Of a DNA stretch of 64,000 nucleotides, positions 40,239 through 48,519 are shown piece by piece (the stretch's first letter is position 1; each line of letters opens with the position of its first letter). The translations under genes and the position numbers were made by a program. The notes beneath the pieces are model-generated. The model was not told where the DNA came from. It saw only the letters and a list, made by a program, of their open reading frames with translations, and did not search any database. This stretch comes from Candidatus Fermentibacterota bacterium (lineage in GTDB: Bacteria > Fermentibacterota > Fermentibacteria > Fermentibacterales > JCC-6), in contig CAWJQI010000004.1 of assembly GCA_963845085.1 (NCBI GenBank), positions 384,001 through 448,000 of the forward strand. The letters run 5' to 3'.

Positions 40239-41555
40239 TCAGATGTAGCCCAGGTTTCTGAGCGCATCGAGGAATGTGTTCTCGACAAGCACTGCTGCAG
40301 GGTTGTATACCGGTGGGGTGGACAGGTAGTACCTTGCCGCTTCCGCCAGCGAGCTGTCGACAGATTCCAGGGGACTGTGTTCACCGCTGTCGGCCGCAAG
40401 GTCGAACATGAACCCGGAACTCCCGCCGTTCACCAGGTGGACCTTCATGAAAGCCCTTCTCGCAGTGACGGCGTACCTTCCCTCGATGCTCATTCCCGCG
40501 GGTACCACCCTGTTTTCCGGGAGCACCCCGGAGAGAAGGCTTGCTCCAAAAATGCCCGGAGGCGCCGGCACCCCGGCCCATGCAAGAACGGTTGGCATCA
40601 GGTCGGCCTGGCTCACGTTGTCGTCGTTCACTTCGCCGACGCCGAACCCTGCACCGGAGATAATGAGCGGTACGTTCAGAAGCTCCTGGTAAAGGGTGTG
40701 GGAATGCCCCAGCTTTTCATGGTCGAGAAACTCCTCACCATGATCGGCGACAACGATCACGATGGCGTCACGCGTCATGCCGCGCTGCCGGAGACCGGAC
40801 AGGAGCCTTCCGATCTGGCTGTCGGTGTAGGAAAGCTCCCCGTCGTAAAGGGCTTCGAGGTTGAAAAGGTCATCCGGCGAGATGCCTGTGGTTCCGTTGT
40901 TCACGTTCACAACAGCCTCCCGCTGCCCCCAGGATGCATCGAATCCGCCGGAATACGCCGGGTCCCTCCAGAGGTCCGCAAATGAGTCGGGTGGAGAATA
41001 TGTGAGGTGGGGGTCGTAGAAATGGACCGCGAGGAACAGCCCTCCGTTGCCGAAACTGCCCCCGTCGACCCACTCCAGAACCGCATCGACAGTCTGCGAG
41101 GCATTCCTGTCGCTGCCGCTGCCCAGCGAGGGCGCACAGTCGAAATGGTTAAACCCCTGATGAAAGCCGAAGTCAGCGTTCATGAAGATGACGTTGAAAA
41201 AGGCGGCCGTGGTGTATCCCGTGCTGTTGAGGCATTCGGCAAGCGTTGTTGCCGCCGGGTCAATGCCGAAGTAGGAATCGCCCCTTCTCCTGGCGTTGTG
41301 CTCGAGTGGAAGAAGGCCTGTGAAGATCGTGGCCATCGAAGGGAGCGTCCAGGGTTCGCCCGCGGTGACGCTCGTGTAACGCACGCCCGCGGCCGCCAGA
41401 CTGTCGATGCAGGGCGTTGTGTCGCGGAAATACCCGTAGCAGCCGAGATGGTCCGCCCTCATGGTGTCAACGATCACAAGGATGATGTTGCCCCTGGGTG
41501 AACTGCCGCACCCGAGGAACACCATGGCGCATGTGAGCAGGGCAAGTCGCCGCAT
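40239..41555 (-). CDS. Sulfatase-like (alkaline phosphatase superfamily) lipoprotein
   Basis: Lipobox FLGC; NIILVIVDTMRADHL, PWTLPSM..FTG, HFYDPH, ADHGEEF, VPLI. Confidence 0.88.
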   Translation of the reverse strand: MRRLALLTCAMVFLGCGSSPRGNIILVIVDTMRADHLGCYGYFRDTTPCIDSLAAAGVRYTSVTAGEPWTLPSMATIFTGLLPLEHNARRRGDSYFGIDPAATTLAECLNSTGYTTAAFFNVIFMNADFGFHQGFNHFDCAPSLGSGSDRNASQTVDAVLEWVDGGSFGNGGLFLAVHFYDPHLTYSPPDSFADLWRDPAYSGGFDASWGQREAVVNVNNGTTGISPDDLFNLEALYDGELSYTDSQIGRLLSGLRQRGMTRDAIVIVVADHGEEFLDHEKLGHSHTLYQELLNVPLIISGAGFGVGEVNDDNVSQADLMPTVLAWAGVPAPPGIFGASLLSGVLPENRVVPAGMSIEGRYAVTARRAFMKVHLVNGGSSGFMFDLAADSGEHSPLESVDSSLAEAARYYLSTPPVYNPAAVLVENTFLDALRNLGYI

Positions 41556-41667
41556 ACCCCCCCGTTCAAGGGAAATGGCGCTGGAACGCACTTTTTCAAC
41601 CGATTCGATGATATGGGTGCACCACAGCCCTGTCAACGCTTGCGGGCATGCCTTCGGCGAAGGCTGG

Positions 41668-42741
41668 TCAGGTAGTCGTGGTTATCCCAACCGTTCTGGC
41701 GAGGAACCTTGCCTCGATCGTGCTGTCCACCCCGCAGTCATTCGACAGGAACTCGTTGTAGGTCTCTATCCCCACCCCGACGAGTATATACGTGTCCGCA
41801 GGCACCGGTGTGGCAAGGACGAAAGTTCTGGAGAGATCTGCACCCGCAGCCATCAGGGTGCTTGACCAGCTGTCGCTTCTCCCGGAACGCCTCACATTGA
41901 TGAGGTCGGTCGGGCAGTAGGTCCGGCGCGGCGCGCCCCCGTCGAGATAGACCTGGCCGTAGAGCCGTGCACGCTGCCGCACCGATGCGTCGGAGTGACC
42001 GCACTCGTTGCTGATGCTGCCCTGGCAGTACAGACTCACGGCTTCAAGGTCGAGGTTCAGCACGGGCTGTCCGGTCCGCTCGTTGTGGTAGATCATGAGA
42101 AACCCCGTTCGACAGGTGGCGCTGACGAGATCCCACTCATCCGCGCCCGAGACGTAAATGCGGGTCCTGCTTCCCATGTCGCCCGTCCTGTCGTTGAAGT
42201 ACAGCGACAGTGACGGTTCGGGAAGCGAGCTCTCGGACTCGTAGTGGTCATACCAGCGCGCATCGAGAAAGTACGGCGGATCGTAGTCGGTGTTTTTCGG
42301 CCGCGGGATGGATCTTCCCGTCGTGCCCTTGCCGACGGTACGGCCGGCGAGCAGTGCGGCCTTCCTGCCGTAGAGTGCCCTGAGGGCATCAACGGCGGAA
42401 AGATCGACACCGGAGCGTTCGATTGATTTGCCCGAATCCCTCACGAGCCGCGACCTCAATGCGTCGATGTCACGTTCGCCGCCCGACGGGCCGGGAAGGT
42501 TGCGCATGCCAGCCCGAATTTTCTCCAATCGTGCGGCATGGAGCCTGTCGTAGAGCCTCAGGTTCCCGTTGCCGATAATCTCCCGCAGCTTGCTCATGTA
42601 CTCGGATCGAAGCCTGTCCATCCCCTCGTGGAAAGCCCTGGTGGTGCGCAGGTCGTGAAGCCCCTGCTTTGCGAGACTCTCCATCGCCTTCCAGTAGAAC
42701 TCCTTCGGAACATCCTTCGGCCAGACCAGGTTTTCAAGCAT
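41668..42741 (-). CDS. Hypothetical protein (helical N-half, beta-rich C-half)
   Basis: 357-aa ORF with AGGAG RBS; no recognised motif. Confidence 0.7.
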   Translation of the reverse strand: MLENLVWPKDVPKEFYWKAMESLAKQGLHDLRTTRAFHEGMDRLRSEYMSKLREIIGNGNLRLYDRLHAARLEKIRAGMRNLPGPSGGERDIDALRSRLVRDSGKSIERSGVDLSAVDALRALYGRKAALLAGRTVGKGTTGRSIPRPKNTDYDPPYFLDARWYDHYESESSLPEPSLSLYFNDRTGDMGSRTRIYVSGADEWDLVSATCRTGFLMIYHNERTGQPVLNLDLEAVSLYCQGSISNECGHSDASVRQRARLYGQVYLDGGAPRRTYCPTDLINVRRSGRSDSWSSTLMAAGADLSRTFVLATPVPADTYILVGVGIETYNEFLSNDCGVDSTIEARFLARTVGITTTT

Positions 42742-43002
42742 GATTCCGGTCTCCTTTCACAGACTGTGCTGCTGCGGTCAGGATGTTAACCGGCGCTTGA
42801 CTGGGCACAGCACCAACAATCTCTCATACAGCAGCCTTTCCGGTAATGCATACTGTAATATCCTGACCTTATTTCAACGATAATGCATGGAATCCGCCTC
42901 CGTCAATCAGCAACCGAGTGCGGACCGGATGGCGCCCTGTCCAATGGAATGCAGCATGTCGTGAAAAATACTGGTGCGATGTCGTTCAGGATCTGCGGCT
43001 CT

Positions 43003-43350
43003 TCAGTTCCTTGTGAAGTGCGGCATGTCGGCAGGAAGGACAAGAGAAAGCTCGACGAGCCCTGCAACCTCGCCTGACTCATCCCGCCATGCGCTCTGAT
43101 AGATCAGCTTTCTGACGGCACCCTTTTCGATGGTGTAGACATTCGTGCCGCCCGAGGAGAACAGCTTCGCAATGATCTCCCTCGAGCGTTCATTGTGGCA
43201 TGAGAGAAGGTCGGTGCCGATCAGCGCGCGGCCCCCCTTCGATGCCCAGGTAGCGGCTGCGGCATCGTTCATGTATACGACCCTGTGATCCCTGTCCGTA
43301 ACGGTCACCGCTCCGGGAAGGCTGGTGACCCAGTCGGGCATACTGCTCAC
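43003..43350 (-). CDS. Stand-alone PAS-domain protein
   Basis: AVTVTD..VVYMN..LIG..LLSCH..NVYTIEK..KLIYQ. Confidence 0.8.
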   Translation of the reverse strand: MSSMPDWVTSLPGAVTVTDRDHRVVYMNDAAAATWASKGGRALIGTDLLSCHNERSREIIAKLFSSGGTNVYTIEKGAVRKLIYQSAWRDESGEVAGLVELSLVLPADMPHFTRN

Positions 43351-43536
43351 GGCAATCCCCTTTCGGTCGCAGGCTGTCAGACAGCCTGATTCTGCGGGCA
43401 CAAGCACAACTGCCTGTCAGTTCTTATCATACTGTGAAAAGGCATTTTGGGTTGCCATGGAATGTTGAGGGAAAGACAGCCACGAAAAGCGTGCCCATGC
43501 AGAGATACGAGAACACTGTTTTCCAGTCTTAACGTT

Positions 43537-45394
43537 TTACCGGTTGCCCACCAGCACGAAGCTTCCCCGAAGAACCTGGTCCCCAGCTGTCATGCGGACG
43601 AAGTATGCGCCGGAGGGAAGGGAAGATACCGAAACAGCATGCTCCCCTGATGACAGCATGCCATCCACGGGAACGGCAACCTCCCGCCCGCACATGTCGT
43701 ACACCGCAAGGGCAACCGGAACAGGTTCGGGAAGACTGAACCTGATCTCGGCAGTTCCGAAACTCGGGTTCGCAACGGGATGAAGAACAGGCCCGCCCGC
43801 CGAGCCCTCCACTCCCAGCCACTCCCAGTAGAACAGCACCTGGTAGAGAGTAGGGGTAACGAACCGGCCCGGCAGCCGCTTCCATGTGAACCCGGTACTG
43901 GAGGTAACGGTGGGTGCTGTCAACATACCCCGACAGACTCCCCGGCTCCTCAATGTAGCCCGACCACTCTCCCATGTCTTCGGGATCGTTGGAACTCCGA
44001 ACGCGGAACCTCAGGGAAGAACCGGCAGGAACGCTGTCCTGCCACTGAACCTCCTGCCAGTGGGGGTAATTGTTCACGTCCAGTATCGAGGAGGTCAGTG
44101 TTCCAGTGGAGGGGTAGCCAAGAGCGAACCAGAATATCCGGCTTCCGTCCTCAAAGGTGACAACGTCAAGAGTGTCGTCCTCGTCAATATCCCCAACTGC
44201 CAGACCATAGTACAAGTAGCCATGCTCCAGGATGTGCCTTCTCCAGGTCAGACCCGCTTCGTCCGTCCTCTCCCAGAGAACAAAACGAATGGGGGTGCCA
44301 CTGGAACCATGAGGCGAGTATCACCGGCCTGCCGTTCCGAAAACGAATCAACCCGCAATAGCGCTTGCACAGAACAATAGGATCAGGAAGTTGATGATTC
44401 GTCCATGAAGTACCCAGTCCATCGGCATTCTCGAACCAGAAGTACAAGTCATATGACCCTGCAGCAATCACATCAAAGTCGCCGTCACCGTCCATGTCCT
44501 CGACATCGAGCGCATGACCAGAGCTGATATTGTTGGCGATGGTGCGTTCAGCCCAGTTCTCCCCGGTTCCGTCAAGGTTCTCCCACCAGGAAACCTGTTT
44601 GTTTGAACTTTCGGCAACATTGACCACATCCAGCCAGCCATCGCCGTTGACATCAGCGGACTCAGATCTCGTTTACAGGAATCCTTTTCCGCAACCAGGT
44701 GATAGCCCCAGACGGCGGGTCCGACGGATCTCGAGATATGGGGATTCTCATACCAGAGCTACCTCACTCCTGCCATTTTCCATATAATATCAAGGTCGCC
44801 GTCACCATCCATGTCAGCGGAAATCACCTGCCACGGAGCATAGCCCAGGGTGCCGCGAACGAGAGTCGTCTCCCAGTTCAATCCGCTCCCATCGGTATTG
44901 GTCCAGAGATATATTCGGTCCCAGGTAGTGGATCCCTCGCCTCCGACTACATCCTGGTCACCGTCGTTGTCAGCATCCATGGCGCAGACGGACATGTGGG
45001 TTGAATACCTCGCCCGCCTTGCTCACGATATGCAAATATCGCTGCCAGTTCTCGCCCGTACCGTCGTTCTCGAACCAGTAAACCCTGTTCTTGCTGTAGC
45101 CGTTGGATCCGCTCAGTATGTCGGAATGACCGTCGCCGTTTATGTCGGCCACCACTCCCGGAATCGAGTACTCCATGTAGTCAGTGACAAGATGCTTCTC
45201 GCCCCTCAGATTCAGGTACAGCTCTCCCGTCGTGCCCTCGTATTCCATGTACTGGTGGAGGTCGAAGGCGCTGACCCCAATCGGTGACGGGACCGGTTAC
45301 TCCAGGACCTGAAGACCAGTCGGTCTGGGAATGGACTCCCCGAGTAGAGAAACGCCGGCAACAGAAAGCAGGGCAGCAGGACAAGAGCCTTCAC
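43537..45394 (-). pseudogene. Secreted FG-GAP/VCBS-repeat protein with C-terminal T9SS-like domain; six or more frameshifts (pseudogene or sequencing errors)
   Basis: Signal peptide VKALVLLPC; QTDWSSGPGVTGPVTDWG; repeats DINGDG.SDI, DADNDGDQDV, DMDGDGD.D..WFEN; LTSSILD; NP..VYDMCGREV..GAYFVRM, spread across consecutive frames. Confidence 0.75.
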
Positions 45395-45717
45395 AACGCC
45401 CCCCTCTCCAACCGTATCCAGCCCAGCCGTATGGACAGGGGACCGGGTACGACGCCCTGGCCCGGCGGATCCATCTGGAACCTTATCCCCACATCGTGAA
45501 CCTCGCCGTTCCAGCCGGAGACTCCGCTCAGGTCCAATGGACCAAACTCTCTCCACATCTCACGGCCATTGCCAAGGCCACGACCGAAGCCGTTGCTCCC
45601 GTGAAGCTCAAGTATGTGCCCCGTTTCCGTGGAATCCTTCCAGAACAGGAACATGCCGCAGCCGAAGCTGCTGCCGGTAATGTTGGGATTCATGCACACC
45701 CCGGCAAGGCCCAGCAA
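45391..45717 (-). CDS. Hypothetical protein, probably a 5'-truncated fragment
   Basis: Stop overlaps the GTG of the FG-GAP gene; W.GEV..IR..D..IRLGWIRL resembles a beta-sandwich C-terminus. Confidence 0.4.
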   Translation of the reverse strand: MLGLAGVCMNPNITGSSFGCGMFLFWKDSTETGHILELHGSNGFGRGLGNGREMWREFGPLDLSGVSGWNGEVHDVGIRFQMDPPGQGVVPGPLSIRLGWIRLERGAL

Positions 45718-45984
45718 TGGAGTTTATTAAGCTGATATACAGCCTGTCAAGGGCCTCGATCTGCTTTTGAAAGCCACGGGAAGGTCGGGACGCTCAGATT
45801 GAGAGTCGTTCCTGTAATAAGAGCCCGAAACGTCCGGCAAGGCGGCTCTGCCTTATCCGCTCGTTGCCGGCAGGAGCTTCCAAACCTTAGTGAGCGGGTT
45901 TCTGACGGTCTTGTGTTTCCTTCTTACGCAGATCGTATGTAATCTTTGTTGTACAAGAGAATACCTTGGTGGCCGAAACTATAG

Positions 45985-46018
45985 AGGCGCCGGAAGACGT
46001 GTTCGCCTTCCGGCGCCT
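45985..46018 (-). terminator. Strong stem-loop after the small Cys-rich gene
   Basis: AGGCGCCGGAAGGCG-AACA-CGTCTTCCGGCGCCT; weak U-tail. Confidence 0.55.
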
Positions 46019-46027
46019 GCATGTGCA

Positions 46028-46195
46028 TCAGCAGCCGCAGAACTCGTGAAGGGCCTTGAGCAGGGCCTTCAAGCTTTCAGTCTTCGATGCATCCTTCGCT
46101 GTGATGTTGACCTGAATGCCCCCCGGAGTCTCCTTCATCGTGCATTCAAGCTGATCACAAAGGCTTCTTGCATCCTTACCGCAGCAACTAATCAT
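46028..46195 (-). CDS. Small 55-aa Cys-rich protein (not in ORF track)
   Basis: AAAGGAGGTG RBS; MISCCGKDARSLCDQLECTMKETPGGIQVNITAKDASKTESLKALLKALHEFCGC. Confidence 0.8.
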   Translation of the reverse strand: MISCCGKDARSLCDQLECTMKETPGGIQVNITAKDASKTESLKALLKALHEFCGC

Positions 46196-46252
46196 TGTTC
46201 ACCTCCTTTCGTTTCAATGTTCGAAAACAATCGTACTGTGAGCCCAAAAAAA

Positions 46253-46573
46253 TCACTTCAAAAAATCCTTGATGGCTCTTACTGCACTCTCATCAACCCT
46301 GCAACGAAACATTTGACCATCTCTCTCGCAGATGATGAGACCTGCATTCTGAAGTTCCTTGAAGTGATGTGACACCGTGGATCTTGAAATATCAAGCAAA
46401 GCACACATTTTGGAAAACGCCCTTTCCATGGGGCAGCAACAGGGAGCATTGGCCGCTAAAACCACCCCTGCATCAGAGTGTTTTAACGACTGCTCGTAGA
46501 TGGCCATGAAAATCATGAGCCTTTGCTCGTTGGCGAGCGCTTTGAAAATCCGTGAATAGTTCGAATATTTCAT
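46253..46573 (-). CDS. ArsR/SmtB-family regulator
   Basis: IFKALANEQRLMI, ISRSTVSHHFKELQNAGLI..R.G; PCCCP motif. Confidence 0.9.
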   Translation of the reverse strand: MKYSNYSRIFKALANEQRLMIFMAIYEQSLKHSDAGVVLAANAPCCCPMERAFSKMCALLDISRSTVSHHFKELQNAGLIICERDGQMFRCRVDESAVRAIKDFLK

Positions 46574-46582
46574 AACAATAGA

Positions 46583-46611
46583 ATACTACTGTTTTCCCCG
46601 ACAGATGTCAA
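46583..46611 (-). promoter_or_regulatory. Promoter of the ArsR-family gene
   Basis: TTGACA-17 nt-TAGTAT, 9 nt before the ATG, no RBS. Confidence 0.65.
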
Positions 46612-46642
46612 CACCGTGTATCGAAACATGGCCGACAGCCAA

Positions 46643-46948
46643 TCACTTCTGTTTCATGAGTTTCAGTTTTGCAGCGGTTACGGCTTCTTCCGGGGCACGC
46701 TCCAGGAGCGTGAGCTCTCCGTCCACCTGAACGCGTGCGTCCTCCTCGACTGAAAGCCCCCCTCTGATGACCACTTTTGCATTCCTGCCGATTACGACAT
46801 CGGCACCTTTTCGAATCACAACCGTCGGGCCTTTGAGTTCATAGCTGTAAAGGCTGCCGCAGTAGGGACAGCGCAGCTTCCCTTCTCCGGACCTTTCCAG
46901 GTCGGGAGCGCCGCACTGGCTGCAGGTGAACGCTTTTACCGCTGGCAT
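46643..46948 (-). CDS. Zinc-ribbon protein
   Basis: FTCSQCGAP..LRCPYCGS followed by beta-rich repeats. Confidence 0.7.
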   Translation of the reverse strand: MPAVKAFTCSQCGAPDLERSGEGKLRCPYCGSLYSYELKGPTVVIRKGADVVIGRNAKVVIRGGLSVEEDARVQVDGELTLLERAPEEAVTAAKLKLMKQK

Positions 46949-46967
46949 TACGATCTCCCCGCGCAGC

Positions 46968-47393
46968 TCACTCCGGCCGCTGTACAAGTGAATCCGGCGG
47001 CGCAGGAGCCCCGCCCGTCACCACGTGATCGCTTCCGCAGCCCCAAAGCGTCTTTCTCCATTCAGTTCCAGCTGCTTCCCAGAACCACACCCTGCCGTCA
47101 TCACTGTTGTAGAGCCAGACGCGATCCTCTTCATCCCAGCACCAGTAGACATTCAGTCCGGCGACGAACTCCGACGATCCGTCCGAATACAGAATGTTTC
47201 CTTCCGGGTCCTCTATCGTGACTGCCCAGACTTCCGCCCCTCCGTATTCCGGGTTGACCCGTATTGGAACGGAGAGAACGTATGAGCCGCCCGGTGATTC
47301 CAGAAACTGCTCCTGCAGCGGGCTGCCCGGCTGTCTCCCGCAGCTGCCCCCTGCCAGAATGGCTGACAGGATCGAACAGCCCATGAGCTTCAT
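46968..47393 (-). CDS. Hypothetical lipoprotein
   Basis: LAGGSC lipobox-like; WD..DRVWLYNSDDG.V..W. Confidence 0.6.
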   Translation of the reverse strand: MKLMGCSILSAILAGGSCGRQPGSPLQEQFLESPGGSYVLSVPIRVNPEYGGAEVWAVTIEDPEGNILYSDGSSEFVAGLNVYWCWDEEDRVWLYNSDDGRVWFWEAAGTEWRKTLWGCGSDHVVTGGAPAPPDSLVQRPE

Positions 47394-47571
47394 ACCCACT
47401 CCGGGAGCATTGCCATGGGCGGGCGCGTTATCCCGGCAGTTACGGGTTCCATTCCCTTCCCCCCATCCGCTGTCGTTTTCCACCCGCGTTCAGTTTTTGG
47501 CGGGTCGATCGATCACCCTGGAATATCGCCCTGTCTTCGGCAGGCACCAACACTGGCATTGTTCGCGGGGT

Positions 47572-47603
47572 AAAAAAAGGGCGCCGGCATTAAACCGGCG
47601 CCC
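47572..47603 (-). terminator. Intrinsic terminator immediately after rpsG
   Basis: GGGCGCCGG-TTTAATG-CCGGCGCCC followed by T7. Confidence 0.9.
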
Positions 47604-47618
47604 GTCACTTCTTCGGGA

Positions 47619-48086
47619 TTACCAGCGGTAGTGGGCGAAAGCCTTGTTGGCTTCGGCCATCTTGTGGGTGTCTTCCCTTTTCTTGACGCTGTTGCCCTCG
47701 CCCTGTGAAGCCTCGATGAACTCCTGGGCGAGCCTCTGGGCCATGCTGCGTCCCTTGCGGCCCCTCGAGTAGCTGATGATCCAGCGCATTGCAAGCGCGT
47801 CGCGCTCGCTCTGTTTCACTTCGACGGGGACCTGGTAGGTCGAGCCGCCGACACGCCTCGATTTCACCTTGAGGGTGGGGCGCACGTTGTTCATGGCCTT
47901 GTTGAACACCGCAACCGGATCCTGTCCGGTCTTCTCGGCGATCATCTCAAAGGCGTCGTAGACAACACCCTCGGCGACAGAGCGTTTGCCCTCGTGCATA
48001 ATGTTGTTGATGAACTTGGCGATGACCAGGTTCCCGTACTTCCTGTCTGGAAGTATTTCCCGTCGTTTCGGCCTGTTTCTTCTCAT
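47619..48086 (-). CDS. rpsG: 30S ribosomal protein S7
   Basis: [29 protein letters not shown]. Confidence 0.98.
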   Translation of the reverse strand: MRRNRPKRREILPDRKYGNLVIAKFINNIMHEGKRSVAEGVVYDAFEMIAEKTGQDPVAVFNKAMNNVRPTLKVKSRRVGGSTYQVPVEVKQSERDALAMRWIISYSRGRKGRSMAQRLAQEFIEASQGEGNSVKKREDTHKMAEANKAFAHYRW

Positions 48087-48091
48087 GACGC

Positions 48092-48463
48092 CTACGCTTC
48101 CTTCTTCGTCCCGTACTTGGACCTGCTCTGCTTGCGCCCGCTCACGCCGCTGGCGTCCTCGACACCGCGGATGATGTGATAGCGCACGCCGGGAAGATCC
48201 TTGACCCTGCCCCCACGGACGAGAACCACTGAGTGTTCGTTGAGGTTGTGTCCCTCGCCGGGAATGTAGGCGGTTACTTCATATCCGTTGCGAAGCCTGA
48301 CCCTGGCCACTTTCCTGAGGGCTGAATTGGGCTTCTTGGGCGTTGATGTATACACACGGGTGCAGATGCCCTTCTTCTGAGGGCAGGAAGTGAGGGCAGG
48401 GGCCTTTGTCTTGGCGTCCTGCTTGCTTCTCCCCATCCGCACCAGTTGATTGATGGTGGGCAA
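48092..48463 (-). CDS. rpsL: 30S ribosomal protein S12
   Basis: [30 protein letters not shown]. Confidence 0.98.
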   Translation of the reverse strand: MPTINQLVRMGRSKQDAKTKAPALTSCPQKKGICTRVYTSTPKKPNSALRKVARVRLRNGYEVTAYIPGEGHNLNEHSVVLVRGGRVKDLPGVRYHIIRGVEDASGVSGRKQSRSKYGTKKEA

Positions 48464-48519
48464 ATTCTCTCCTTTCAGAACTTTACAGCGCTCGTTCCCT
48501 TATTCGCGGAACAGCAAGT

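Noticed and set aside
46000..46035. Selenocysteine readthrough (TGC GGC TGC TGA TGC ACA TGC followed by a hairpin)
   Set aside because: The long perfect stem fits a terminator better than a bacterial SECIS, and the readthrough product is not protein-like. Only homologue alignment could revive the idea
32614..47571. Prophage or integrative element between rpsG and fusA
   Set aside because: No integrase, phage or conjugation genes and no flanking direct repeats were seen
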